From an uncultured Rickettsiales bacterium (lineage in GTDB: Bacteria > Pseudomonadota > Alphaproteobacteria > Rickettsiales > UBA8987): a stretch of DNA of 49,173 bases. Shown piece by piece: positions 10,094-18,255 of the stretch. The first letter of the stretch is position 1, and each line of letters starts with the position of its first letter. The DNA lies in NCBI GenBank assembly GCA_964424715.1, contig CAYRJW010000003.1, forward strand, positions 1 through 49,173. Direction: 5' to 3'. The position numbers and the translations under genes are program-made. The notes below the pieces were generated by a model. The model did no database searches, was not told the DNA's origin, and saw only the letters and a list, made by a program, of their open reading frames with translations.

Positions 10094-10804
10094 CCATTTT
10101 TGCAGGAACTGCGGCAGCATTTCACTTGCGAGAGCGGAATTTAATTCCTCAACAGCTTCATCAACTGATCTACCTTCAAACAGCTTTTTAAGCAACATGA
10201 ACTCTTCTTCTATCAGATAATGCCTTTTAACTTCGTTATTATGGCGGACTATGAAAATATAATTTTTTTTCTTTGCTATCTTTTTAGGGTTTTGCTCTTT
10301 ACGGAATTCCTGCAGATATTTTTCTACATCATACTCAAATGCCAGCATGTTGGATGCTATCCTTGGTTTAAAACGGAATTTGTCTAACTCAGCTTCGCCA
10401 AAGGTTGTAAGGGCTTGCGCTTCAAGGCTTGTGCTGTCTGGCTTCAGAAATATCTCTGCGATATTGGATTCAAGGACGGCTAGTTCTTTTGCCTCCTTAT
10501 CGATGTTTTTTGCCTGCAGATATTTTTCGAATTTGAACGGGTAGAAATCCAGACTGTAAAATTCTGAATTATTATTTTCAACGAAATCAGCAATTATCTT
10601 TTCAGACTTTTTAGCACCCAGATAATTGCATAATGCCGGGTAATCGATGCGGACAGCACCCGAAAGCCTGATACGGTAACCATCTATATAAACTGCAAGC
10701 TGCTTCTCCCGTGATATTCGCGGGTTATTTTTAAGCAGCGGCAGCATTTCTTTGGGCTTATTTTTTATTATGGAATCGTTAAGTCTTTTCATGGTTTCTT
10801 TCAT
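10064..10804 (-). CDS. bufC: DUF2063-domain protein (BufC-like RiPP partner protein)
   Basis: 246 aa. N-terminal QLAVYIDGYRIRLSGAVRIDYPALCNYLG pattern typical of DUF2063. The start overlaps the stop of the upstream DUF692 gene by 4 nt. Confidence 0.75.
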   Translation of the reverse strand: MKETMKRLNDSIIKNKPKEMLPLLKNNPRISREKQLAVYIDGYRIRLSGAVRIDYPALCNYLGAKKSEKIIADFVENNNSEFYSLDFYPFKFEKYLQAKNIDKEAKELAVLESNIAEIFLKPDSTSLEAQALTTFGEAELDKFRFKPRIASNMLAFEYDVEKYLQEFRKEQNPKKIAKKKNYIFIVRHNNEVKRHYLIEEEFMLLKKLFEGRSVDEAVEELNSALASEMLPQFLQKWLLNGFFAGI

Positions 10805-11616
10805 ACAAAACTCCGGGCTTTTTCTATTTCAGCCTGTAATACGCTGAAATCTGGGATGTTATCGTCCCATTCCACCATGGTGGAAATTTTACCCTTGGTA
10901 GAAATGGCGTATTTATATAGCTGCCACACTTCATCTATCACATGGTCGGAATGGGTATCTATTATTATATCGCCCTTGTTAGTATGTCCGGCCAGATGTA
11001 TCTGGACTATCCTTTCAGCCGGAATGGAATCTATATATTTCTTTGCATCGAAATTATGGTTGAAGGCGCTCACATAAATATTATTTATATCCAGCAATAT
11101 ACCACAATTGGCTTTTTCGGCCATTTGCACCATGAATTCATTCTCACTCATATGCGAGCTTTCAAACTCTAAATATGATGAGGGATTCTCCAGTATTATA
11201 TTTCGCCCTAAAATATCCTGAACTTTTTTTATCCGTGTAACAATATGTTCAAGCATTTTGCCCGTATAGGGAACCGGCAGCAGATCATGTGTATTAGCCC
11301 CACCAACGCCTGTATAGCACAGATGATCCGATATCCATGGCGTATTTATATGTTCAGCAAGCTTTTTTACTTTTTGCAGGTAGTTTGTATTTAGTTCATC
11401 GGTAGAACCTATGGAAAGAGAAACGCCGTGCATCACTATCGGGTAGGTCTTCCTCAGCTCGGCGAGGAATTCCCAGTAGCCCTGATGGGTATCTATATAA
11501 TTTTCGGTGATTATCTCGAACCAGTCCACGGCCGGGGTGTTATCAAGTATATAATCATAGTGGGGCGAACGCAGCCCCAGCCCGAAACCTAAATTTTTAT
11601 ATCCGAATTTATTCAT
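10801..11616 (-). CDS. bufB: DUF692 / multinuclear non-heme iron oxidase (MNIO, MbnB/BufB-like)
   Basis: 271 aa. GLGLRSPHYDYIL, VDWFEIITENY, VMHGVSLSIGS, WISDHLC, LLDINNIYVSAFNH and IHLAGHT are the UPF0276/DUF692 signature blocks. Confidence 0.9.
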   Translation of the reverse strand: MNKFGYKNLGFGLGLRSPHYDYILDNTPAVDWFEIITENYIDTHQGYWEFLAELRKTYPIVMHGVSLSIGSTDELNTNYLQKVKKLAEHINTPWISDHLCYTGVGGANTHDLLPVPYTGKMLEHIVTRIKKVQDILGRNIILENPSSYLEFESSHMSENEFMVQMAEKANCGILLDINNIYVSAFNHNFDAKKYIDSIPAERIVQIHLAGHTNKGDIIIDTHSDHVIDEVWQLYKYAISTKGKISTMVEWDDNIPDFSVLQAEIEKARSFV

Positions 11617-11655
11617 AAAAAAAGCCTGACCATTTGATAATAGCCAGGCTTTTTA
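11617..11655 (-). terminator. intrinsic-terminator-like attenuator hairpin between precursor gene and MNIO gene
   Basis: Minus-strand RNA reads AAAAAGCCUG-16 nt-CAGGCUUUUUUU and is followed directly by the bufB ATG. The only purine-rich SD-like sequence (CAGG) lies in the 3' arm of the stem. Confidence 0.6.
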
Positions 11656-11677
11656 AAAATATAATAATTATTTAAAA

Positions 11678-11956
11678 TTACATTTTTACTTCAGCTTCTA
11701 CAACCTTGCCACCTTCTTTGGTGCAGACTTCAGCAGATTCAGCGAAAGCCCACTCATTGGCATCGTTATCAGCTTTAGACTGCCCGGCACATGAGTGAGA
11801 GCCATTCGCAGATTTGCAATCATTCTTGCCGGCCTTTGCTATACCAAGGCATTTTACTTTCGCCTCTGCTGCTGCAGGTGCCGCTGCATCCTGTGCAATT
11901 GCAGAAGTTGCCGCTAAAATGCTTATTACCGCCGCTGATGCTAATAATTTATTCAT
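11678..11956 (-). CDS. bufA: DUF2282-family Cys-containing RiPP precursor (bufferin BufA1-like)
   Basis: 92 aa. Sec signal peptide (MNKLLASAAVISILAATSAIAQ). The core has four Cys in DUF2282-type contexts (KCLGIAKAGKNDC...HSCAGQSK...EVCTK). It sits immediately upstream of the DUF692 and DUF2063 genes. Confidence 0.85.
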   Translation of the reverse strand: MNKLLASAAVISILAATSAIAQDAAAPAAAEAKVKCLGIAKAGKNDCKSANGSHSCAGQSKADNDANEWAFAESAEVCTKEGGKVVEAEVKM

Positions 11957-12063
11957 ATCCTCTCCTTATTGTTAATAGACAGCATCTATTATCAAATACT
12001 GCCTTATCAAGTCCTATAGATATTTATTTTAAGTACAATATGTTTTTGAAAGCAGAGCAATAA

Positions 12064-14013
12064 TTATATCCCAAAACCCGGATGGCCTATCTCATCACTG
12101 ATCTCTTTCACCGGCTCAACGAGGTTCTTTTCTATATATCTTACTAGTTGGGCAACCGCATCATCAACCGAAAGCTTGCCGGTATCTATGACCAGATCGG
12201 CGTTCTTCGGTTCCTCAAACGGTGCAGAGATACCTGTAAAATCCTTGATCTCACCGGATATCGCTTTTTTGTACAGACCTTTCGGGTCGCGTTTTTTGCA
12301 GACCTCCACATCAGCCTTGATGAAAATACTGTGATAGGCATCGCCGGCGGCAACGCGCGCACGGTCCCTGTCCTGCTTATAAGGCGAGATAAATGCGGTG
12401 ATGACTATGACACCGGCATGCGCAAATAATGATGCCACCTCACCAACGCGGCGGATATTCTCGCTTCTGTCCTTTTGCTCAAAGCCGAGATCGGAATTCA
12501 GGCCGGTGCGGATATTATCGCCATCCAGCACATATACCTGATAACCTTTTTCAAAAAGCTTGGTCTGCAGCGCGTAAGCAATAGTGGTCTTGCCGGAGCC
12601 AGAAAGCCCGGAGAACCACATTACGCCACCCTTATGACCATTCGCAAGTGCGCGGCGGTTTACATCTATCTTAGATTCAAACGGGTGAAGATTGGTTCCT
12701 TTCGGATGTGTTTTTGTGCGCTGGTCAGAAAAACATTTTAGGTAAATTATGCCACCGCATAAAGTGCGGTAATTCTCAACTATCACAAAACGGCCGGTCT
12801 GCACATTGGAGGAATATGCGTCCAGAGTTGCGATACCGCGTATCCTGAATACAACCTCCGCAACGGAATTTTTAGCAACTTCCTTAACATCACCGGAAAT
12901 TTTCAGATCGCTGGTATCGACAACTTTTTCGATCTTCTTAACTTCCGCCTGATATTCGGAGGTGTTGAGCTTGATAAGATATTTATTACCCTCACGGATA
13001 GGCTCATCACCCAGCCAGAATATCTTGCCGCGGAAAATATTGGTGAGTACTGGCGCATCCTTGATATGAGAGACCACCTGCCCGCGCTCGGCAAATATCT
13101 GTTCCGACAATGTTATCCCGACAGATTCACCGGAGACCGCCTGCGATCTCTTAGATTCCGGCCATGTTTCGATCGATGAAACTTTTACTACACGGTTAGA
13201 TGGCGAGAACACGATATCATCACCAACTTTTATCGTTCCAGATTCTATACGGCCTGCGATTATCCTGCGCTCATCGAATTTGTAAACATCCTGCACCGGC
13301 ATGCGCAGCGGCAGTTTCTCAAGCGTTTGGCGGACCTTGAATTCATCAAGTGCTGCAAGTATGGTAGGCCCTTTATACCATTTCATATTCTCAGATCTAG
13401 CAGTCACGTTATCACCATCACGACCGGAAATAGGGATTATGAATGTAGGCTCAACACCTATCTCTTTCAGATATGCACGATATTCTTTTTCAATTTTATT
13501 GAATTCCTCTTCGGAATAACCGACAAGGTCCATCTTGTTGACTGCTACCGTTATCTGCGGAACGCCGAGCAGGGAAAGTAAATATCCGTGACGCTTGGAC
13601 TGCTCTTTCACACCTTCTTTTGCATCTATCACCAGAACCGCGGCTTCACTCTGCGCCGCGCCGGATATCATGTTCTTCAGAAATTCCTTATGGCCCGGAG
13701 CATCTATTATTACATAATTTCTTTTATCAGTTTTGAACCATAACTGCGTTGTATCAATTGTAATGCCCTGATCGCGCTCTGCCTGTAATGCATCAAGCAG
13801 GAATGAATATTCAAAAGGCATTCCGCGCTTTATACAGCTTTGTTTTATCTGCTCCACCTTGCCATCCGGCAGGGAATCCGTATCATAGAACAGGCGCCCG
13901 ATAAGGGTTGATTTACCGTGGTCAACATGTCCTACTATCACTATTTTCATCTGCTCTTTAGAATCGGAGTTGAGTGATGAGAGTTGAGAGTTGAGTTTTT
14001 TATTTGCAGGCAT
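12064..14013 (-). CDS. cysNC: bifunctional sulfate adenylyltransferase subunit 1 / adenylylsulfate kinase (CysN-CysC fusion)
   Basis: 649 aa. N-terminal translational-GTPase domain ([23 protein letters not shown]). C-terminal APS kinase domain ([21 protein letters not shown]). Confidence 0.93.
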   Translation of the reverse strand: MPANKKLNSQLSSLNSDSKEQMKIVIVGHVDHGKSTLIGRLFYDTDSLPDGKVEQIKQSCIKRGMPFEYSFLLDALQAERDQGITIDTTQLWFKTDKRNYVIIDAPGHKEFLKNMISGAAQSEAAVLVIDAKEGVKEQSKRHGYLLSLLGVPQITVAVNKMDLVGYSEEEFNKIEKEYRAYLKEIGVEPTFIIPISGRDGDNVTARSENMKWYKGPTILAALDEFKVRQTLEKLPLRMPVQDVYKFDERRIIAGRIESGTIKVGDDIVFSPSNRVVKVSSIETWPESKRSQAVSGESVGITLSEQIFAERGQVVSHIKDAPVLTNIFRGKIFWLGDEPIREGNKYLIKLNTSEYQAEVKKIEKVVDTSDLKISGDVKEVAKNSVAEVVFRIRGIATLDAYSSNVQTGRFVIVENYRTLCGGIIYLKCFSDQRTKTHPKGTNLHPFESKIDVNRRALANGHKGGVMWFSGLSGSGKTTIAYALQTKLFEKGYQVYVLDGDNIRTGLNSDLGFEQKDRSENIRRVGEVASLFAHAGVIVITAFISPYKQDRDRARVAAGDAYHSIFIKADVEVCKKRDPKGLYKKAISGEIKDFTGISAPFEEPKNADLVIDTGKLSVDDAVAQLVRYIEKNLVEPVKEISDEIGHPGFGI

Positions 14014-14034
14014 TTTATTTCCTATTAATTCAAA

Positions 14035-14709
14035 TTACTTTAAAGCTTCCAGTATAAGCTCCGCGCATTTTTTTGAGGATTGCGGGTTCTGGCCGGTTAT
14101 TAAATTAGCATCCCTGATTGCAAATTCTGAAAAATCCGCGCCGCAGGAAAATTTCCCGCCGAGCTGTTTTAATTTTGTTTCAAGCAGGAAGGGAACTTTC
14201 TTATCTCCTCCGGCCTTCACTTCTTCGCTATCGGTGAAACCGGTTATTTTCCTGCCGCTTATAATTGAGGTTCCATCAGCTTTTATGGCAGGAACAAGGG
14301 CCGCAGGACCATGGCATACGGCGGCAATTATCTTTCCGCTTTCAAAGAAGCGGCCAAGATTCTCTTTTAAATATTCATCTTCTGGCAGATCTACCATTGC
14401 GCCGTGGCCGCCGGGGAAGAATATTGCATCATACTTGCTGAATTCCATACGCGATAATATCTTTGTGCGCCCGATCTTTTTCATGGCAAGCAGGTCCTTC
14501 TGGAATTTCCTCACTGACTCCGGCAATTTTTCATTATCCAGAGAAAGTGGCTCTATTGGCATCTTACCGCCCTTTGGCGATGCTATATCCACCTGAATCT
14601 TTTTTTCACTCAGCAGATAATAAGGCGTGGAAAGTTCTTCAAACCATACTCCGGTCTTTTTCTTTCCCAGCTTTTTTGCTGATGTAACTATGAATAATAT
14701 TTTTTTCAT
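14035..14709 (-). CDS. DJ-1/PfpI (type 1 glutamine amidotransferase-like) family protein
   Basis: 224 aa. FFPGGHGAMVDL and the nucleophile-elbow-like IAAVCHGPAAL motif. The start codon overlaps the cysD stop (TAATG). Confidence 0.8.
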   Translation of the reverse strand: MKKILFIVTSAKKLGKKKTGVWFEELSTPYYLLSEKKIQVDIASPKGGKMPIEPLSLDNEKLPESVRKFQKDLLAMKKIGRTKILSRMEFSKYDAIFFPGGHGAMVDLPEDEYLKENLGRFFESGKIIAAVCHGPAALVPAIKADGTSIISGRKITGFTDSEEVKAGGDKKVPFLLETKLKQLGGKFSCGADFSEFAIRDANLITGQNPQSSKKCAELILEALK

Positions 14710-15560
14710 TACATGTATCCATCTGCCCTTAAACGCTCGAAGGATGATTCATCCTCATCAGCACCCATAGGGCGTCCTGAACGTTCTGAAACTTTTGTAA
14801 CGCGAAGCTCAGCGATTATCTCTTCAATGGTTGAGGCTGGACTTTCAAGCGGCCATGTTATTCCTTTTTCACCAAGTGAGCGGAAGCGCATTATCTTGCC
14901 GCCGAAATCACGGCCTTCAAGCACCTCATATTTTCTTGCCAGATATAACGGCACGATAGGGATATTCTCGCGCTGTATGTAAAGCCATACATCAAGCTCC
15001 GTCCAGTGCAGAAGCGGGTGGATGCGAACATGGGTGTTAGGCGGAAAATCGGTCATGAACTGGTCCCAGAATTCAGGTGGCTGGTCTTTCACATCCCACG
15101 CACCTTCGGAATCGCGTGGCGAAAAATAACGTTCCTTGGCACGAGTACCTTCCTCATCGCGGCGGATACCTGCAACTATCGCATTGAAACCATTCTTACG
15201 GATAACATTTTTCAAGCCACCGGTCTTACGCGCTGCAACACGGGCAGAATGCGGCAATGAAGCATCGGTAGTTTCAATGGCCGGGCAGACCTCTGAGATA
15301 AAATCTATGCCCCATTCTTTTACATATTTATCACGGAAGGCATATACTTCATCAAATTCCAGTTCAGTATCACAATGAATAAGTGGGAACGGAACCTTTC
15401 CAAAAAAGGCCTTACGCGCCAGATGTATCATCACGTTAGAATCCTTCCCGAAACTCCATAACATTGCCATGTTATTTATTTTATTGAATGCCTCACGGAA
15501 AATATAGATGCTTTGTGCTTCTAATTTATCCAGATGGTCCATATGTTTCTTTTCAGCCAT
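14709..15560 (-). CDS. cysD: sulfate adenylyltransferase subunit 2
   Basis: 283 aa. PAPS-reductase-fold N-terminus (LEAQSIYIFREA, WSFGKDSNVMIHLARKAF) and the typical CysD C-terminus (RADGYM). Confidence 0.93.
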   Translation of the reverse strand: MAEKKHMDHLDKLEAQSIYIFREAFNKINNMAMLWSFGKDSNVMIHLARKAFFGKVPFPLIHCDTELEFDEVYAFRDKYVKEWGIDFISEVCPAIETTDASLPHSARVAARKTGGLKNVIRKNGFNAIVAGIRRDEEGTRAKERYFSPRDSEGAWDVKDQPPEFWDQFMTDFPPNTHVRIHPLLHWTELDVWLYIQRENIPIVPLYLARKYEVLEGRDFGGKIMRFRSLGEKGITWPLESPASTIEEIIAELRVTKVSERSGRPMGADEDESSFERLRADGYM

Positions 15561-15570
15561 TTTATCTCCA

Positions 15571-16320
15571 TTATATCGAAAAATCTTTTATATCTTCCCT
15601 GTTAAGGTGAATACCGCATTCGGTCTTCTGCTCAGCTTCGGGTTTCAGATCAACTATATGCGCCCATCTGCCGGAGCGCTCATCTTCGCCGGGATGGACC
15701 TGGCGTGTACATGGCGCGCAGCCGATGGAAGGATAGCCTTTTATTACCAGAGGATGCTGCGGAAGTTGAAGCTCTGCAAAATCCTGCTTTATCTTATCCT
15801 TACTCCAGAATGCTATAGGATTTATACGTATCCTGCCCTGATCATCAAGTTCAATCTTGCTCATCCCCGAACGCTCTTTGGTCTGGTAGGCGCGCCTGCC
15901 CGTGATTATGGCCTCATACCCGGCATCGGCAAGGTGCCTGTCGAGCGGTTCTACCTTGCGGAGCCAGCAGCAGCGGTCGACATTGGCGCTCCAGAGATTA
16001 CCGTGAGGATCTGCGTGCTTCAGCATTTTTTCATCTGGTTTAAGCGCGATTATATTCTTTAAACCAAGACCAGTTTTAATATCTTCAACATATTGCAGTG
16101 TCTCGGCAAAATGCTTGCCTGTCTCTAAAAACAATACAGGGATATCCTTATTTACATCAGCCACCATCTTAAGCATCAGCGCGGAATACGAGCCGAATGA
16201 AGAAAAGCACGCCATCTTGCTTCCAAAGAACTCATAGGTGGCTTTTATTAGCTCTGTGCCTTCCAGTGAATTATTTTGAGAATCAAAATCCGCAAACTTG
16301 CTTTGTAGGTTCAATTCCAA
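15571..16320 (-). CDS. cysH: adenylylsulfate (APS)/PAPS reductase, Fe-S-type CysH
   Basis: 249 aa. CysH fold with a C-terminal ECGIH motif. The extra Cys pairs RCCWLRKVEPL and GCAPCT are characteristic of [4Fe-4S] APS reductases. Confidence 0.88.
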   Translation of the reverse strand: MELNLQSKFADFDSQNNSLEGTELIKATYEFFGSKMACFSSFGSYSALMLKMVADVNKDIPVLFLETGKHFAETLQYVEDIKTGLGLKNIIALKPDEKMLKHADPHGNLWSANVDRCCWLRKVEPLDRHLADAGYEAIITGRRAYQTKERSGMSKIELDDQGRIRINPIAFWSKDKIKQDFAELQLPQHPLVIKGYPSIGCAPCTRQVHPGEDERSGRWAHIVDLKPEAEQKTECGIHLNREDIKDFSI

Positions 16321-16331
16321 CTTTTACCTTG

Positions 16332-16874
16332 TTATAATTTCTCAGGCCCATTACTATTGCCATAAGACTTAATAACACTGGTTTGCAGTCGTGAGAAGAA
16401 ATTATATTTATCTTCGATAATAGAAAGCAATTCTTTTTTCCCCTGTTGGCCAAGCTCCTCAAAAGATTGAAGGAGCTTTTGCTCGTCTTCCGAGAATTTT
16501 ATCAGAGGAAATGACTTTCCATTAACAAGCTGCTCTATATTTGAATAAGTTACCTTTATCCCTTTAGTACTAAGCAACTCATGTATGGACTCAAGCTGTG
16601 GTGCATAAACTGGATTCTGCTCGTATACATTATCACTGGTCATATGGGCTGCCCAATATTCCAGCGCCTTTCCTTCCAGAGGTGGGCCGTTCACTGCCGT
16701 GGTTACGGTCAGCAATTTTACATTACTATCCGGGAAATTTAATTCCTTGATAAGTTTTTTTGTGAATTGTTCTAAAGTTATATTTGTTGTTGGTTTTGCC
16801 ATTGCTGCACTCATTTTATTTACCTGTTTATGAAATTTATTTATTGATATATCCGAACCGTTAAACTTAGCCAC
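16332..16874 (-). CDS. hypothetical protein, first gene of the cys operon
   Basis: 180-aa ORF with a GTG start at 16874; an in-frame ATG lies 20 codons downstream (MSAAMAKPTT). It ends 11 nt upstream of cysH on the same strand. No family recognised. Confidence 0.5.
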   Translation of the reverse strand: MAKFNGSDISINKFHKQVNKMSAAMAKPTTNITLEQFTKKLIKELNFPDSNVKLLTVTTAVNGPPLEGKALEYWAAHMTSDNVYEQNPVYAPQLESIHELLSTKGIKVTYSNIEQLVNGKSFPLIKFSEDEQKLLQSFEELGQQGKKELLSIIEDKYNFFSRLQTSVIKSYGNSNGPEKL

Positions 16875-17007
16875 GACAACGCATTCGCATAGAGGTCTGG
16901 CCTTTATATCCGATCAGTGAGTTTTTGCTTTTTTCTGCCATAAAAATATGTACCCCAAAATAATAGTGACATATTTATAGCATATTTGATACTAATAACA
17001 AGGGAAA

Positions 17008-17032
17008 ATGTATATTATTTTATAATATACAT
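17008..17032. promoter_or_regulatory. perfect AT-rich palindrome between aroE 3' end and cys operon (candidate operator or terminator)
   Basis: atgtatattat-ttt-ataatatacat: 11-bp perfect arms. Confidence 0.35.
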
Positions 17033-17058
17033 GAAGATTTGCGGATTAAGCGCATATA

Positions 17059-17940
17059 TTACTTTGTTTTCAAATAATTAAGCACTTCACTGCGCAGTTT
17101 ATCATCAACTTCCGGCTTTTTGCCGAACCATGCTTCGAAGCCGGGGGCGGCCTGATGTAATAACATACCAAGACCATCAACTATTATAGCACCGGAGGCG
17201 CGGGCTTTTTTCAGGAAGTCGGTTTCAAGCGGATTATATACGATATCTGTTACCAGCGAATTTTCAGGCAGGCCGGTGAAGTTTACATCCAGCTCCGGCT
17301 GATTTTTCATTCCCAGTGAAGTGGCGTTCACCACTATATTACAGTTCCTGAAAACATCATTGCGGTTTTCCCATGCCACCACATCGAATTTATTTTCCGG
17401 GAAGTTGAAATTATTCACCATCATGTCCTTCACTTCAAACGCTTTAGAAATGGTACGGTTGGTGATTATGATATGTGAAACATTCAGAGATGCCAGAGCG
17501 AACGCCACCGCTTTCGCTGCACCTCCCGCACCTATTATATAAGCGATGGAATTCTTATAATCATAATCCGGCTGTGCTTCCAGCAGGTTGCGGGCAAAGC
17601 CGAGGAAATCAGTATTGGTGGCGATATAATTATTATTCTCATCAATAACTATCGTGTTTATCGCCTGCATGAAATTTGCCACATGGGATGGAAGTGTGTC
17701 CTGTGGGGTCTGGTTGAATTTTGAGATTATCTCCCATGCTTTTTCTTTATGGGGAACAGTAATGTTACAGCCTTTAAAGCCACTTTTGCCTAAATTCGTA
17801 ATGAATATTTCCAGATCTTCCGGCTTAACTTCAATAGCGGAATATTCGCCTTCTATATCATATTTCTTCAGCCAGTAATTATGGATCACCGGGGAAAGTG
17901 AGTGGGAAATGGGATATCCTATGACACAGGCTTTTTTCAT
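17059..17940 (-). CDS. aroE: shikimate dehydrogenase
   Basis: 293 aa. GYPISHSLSPVIHN, NITVPHKE, TNTD and GAGGAAKAV motifs. Confidence 0.92.
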   Translation of the reverse strand: MKKACVIGYPISHSLSPVIHNYWLKKYDIEGEYSAIEVKPEDLEIFITNLGKSGFKGCNITVPHKEKAWEIISKFNQTPQDTLPSHVANFMQAINTIVIDENNNYIATNTDFLGFARNLLEAQPDYDYKNSIAYIIGAGGAAKAVAFALASLNVSHIIITNRTISKAFEVKDMMVNNFNFPENKFDVVAWENRNDVFRNCNIVVNATSLGMKNQPELDVNFTGLPENSLVTDIVYNPLETDFLKKARASGAIIVDGLGMLLHQAAPGFEAWFGKKPEVDDKLRSEVLNYLKTK

Positions 17941-17946
17941 AGTTTA

Positions 17947-18210
17947 TCAGCCACCGGCTATTTTTTTGAATAATTCAATGGTAAAATCCCGCAGCGTATC
18001 GAGCATGAAAGGCATCGCAAGTATCAGCACCAGAAATATACATACTATCTTCGGCACAAAGGAAAGCGTCATCTCCTGAATTTGAGTTAGTGCCTGGAAC
18101 AGCGATATTATAACACCAATGACCAACGCCACCAGCATAAGCGGTACCGCCGCTTTCAGTAGAACGAAAATGGCCTGCCGGGATATTTCAAGTACTTCTG
18201 CTGATTCCAT
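17947..18210 (-). CDS. fliQ: flagellar/type III export apparatus protein FliQ
   Basis: 87 aa, two TM segments. LLKAAVPLMLVALVIGVIISLFQALTQIQEMTLSFVPKI is the FliQ/SctS signature. Confidence 0.85.
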   Translation of the reverse strand: MESAEVLEISRQAIFVLLKAAVPLMLVALVIGVIISLFQALTQIQEMTLSFVPKIVCIFLVLILAMPFMLDTLRDFTIELFKKIAGG

Positions 18211-18255
18211 TTTTAATGATGCTAGATAATAGTGATACGATAATAGGATTTTATT

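Noticed and set aside
13991-14596. 201-aa plus-strand ORF
   Set aside because: Fully antisense to the well-supported DJ-1/PfpI gene, with a low-complexity Ser/Phe-rich translation. A shadow ORF. The same reasoning applies to 1036-1494, 15508-16062, 21270-21905, 46195-46671, 48402-48866 and the other antisense ORFs in the track.
16867-16941. 24-codon upstream ORF (MAEKSKNSLIGYKGQTSMRMRCRG), ending in Met/Cys codons and overlapping the GTG start of the first cys-operon ORF, as a possible sulfur-amino-acid attenuation leader
   Set aside because: Too short to evaluate. No convincing SD, no obvious terminator/antiterminator pair downstream, and the Met/Cys enrichment is only three codons. Pure speculation without conservation data.
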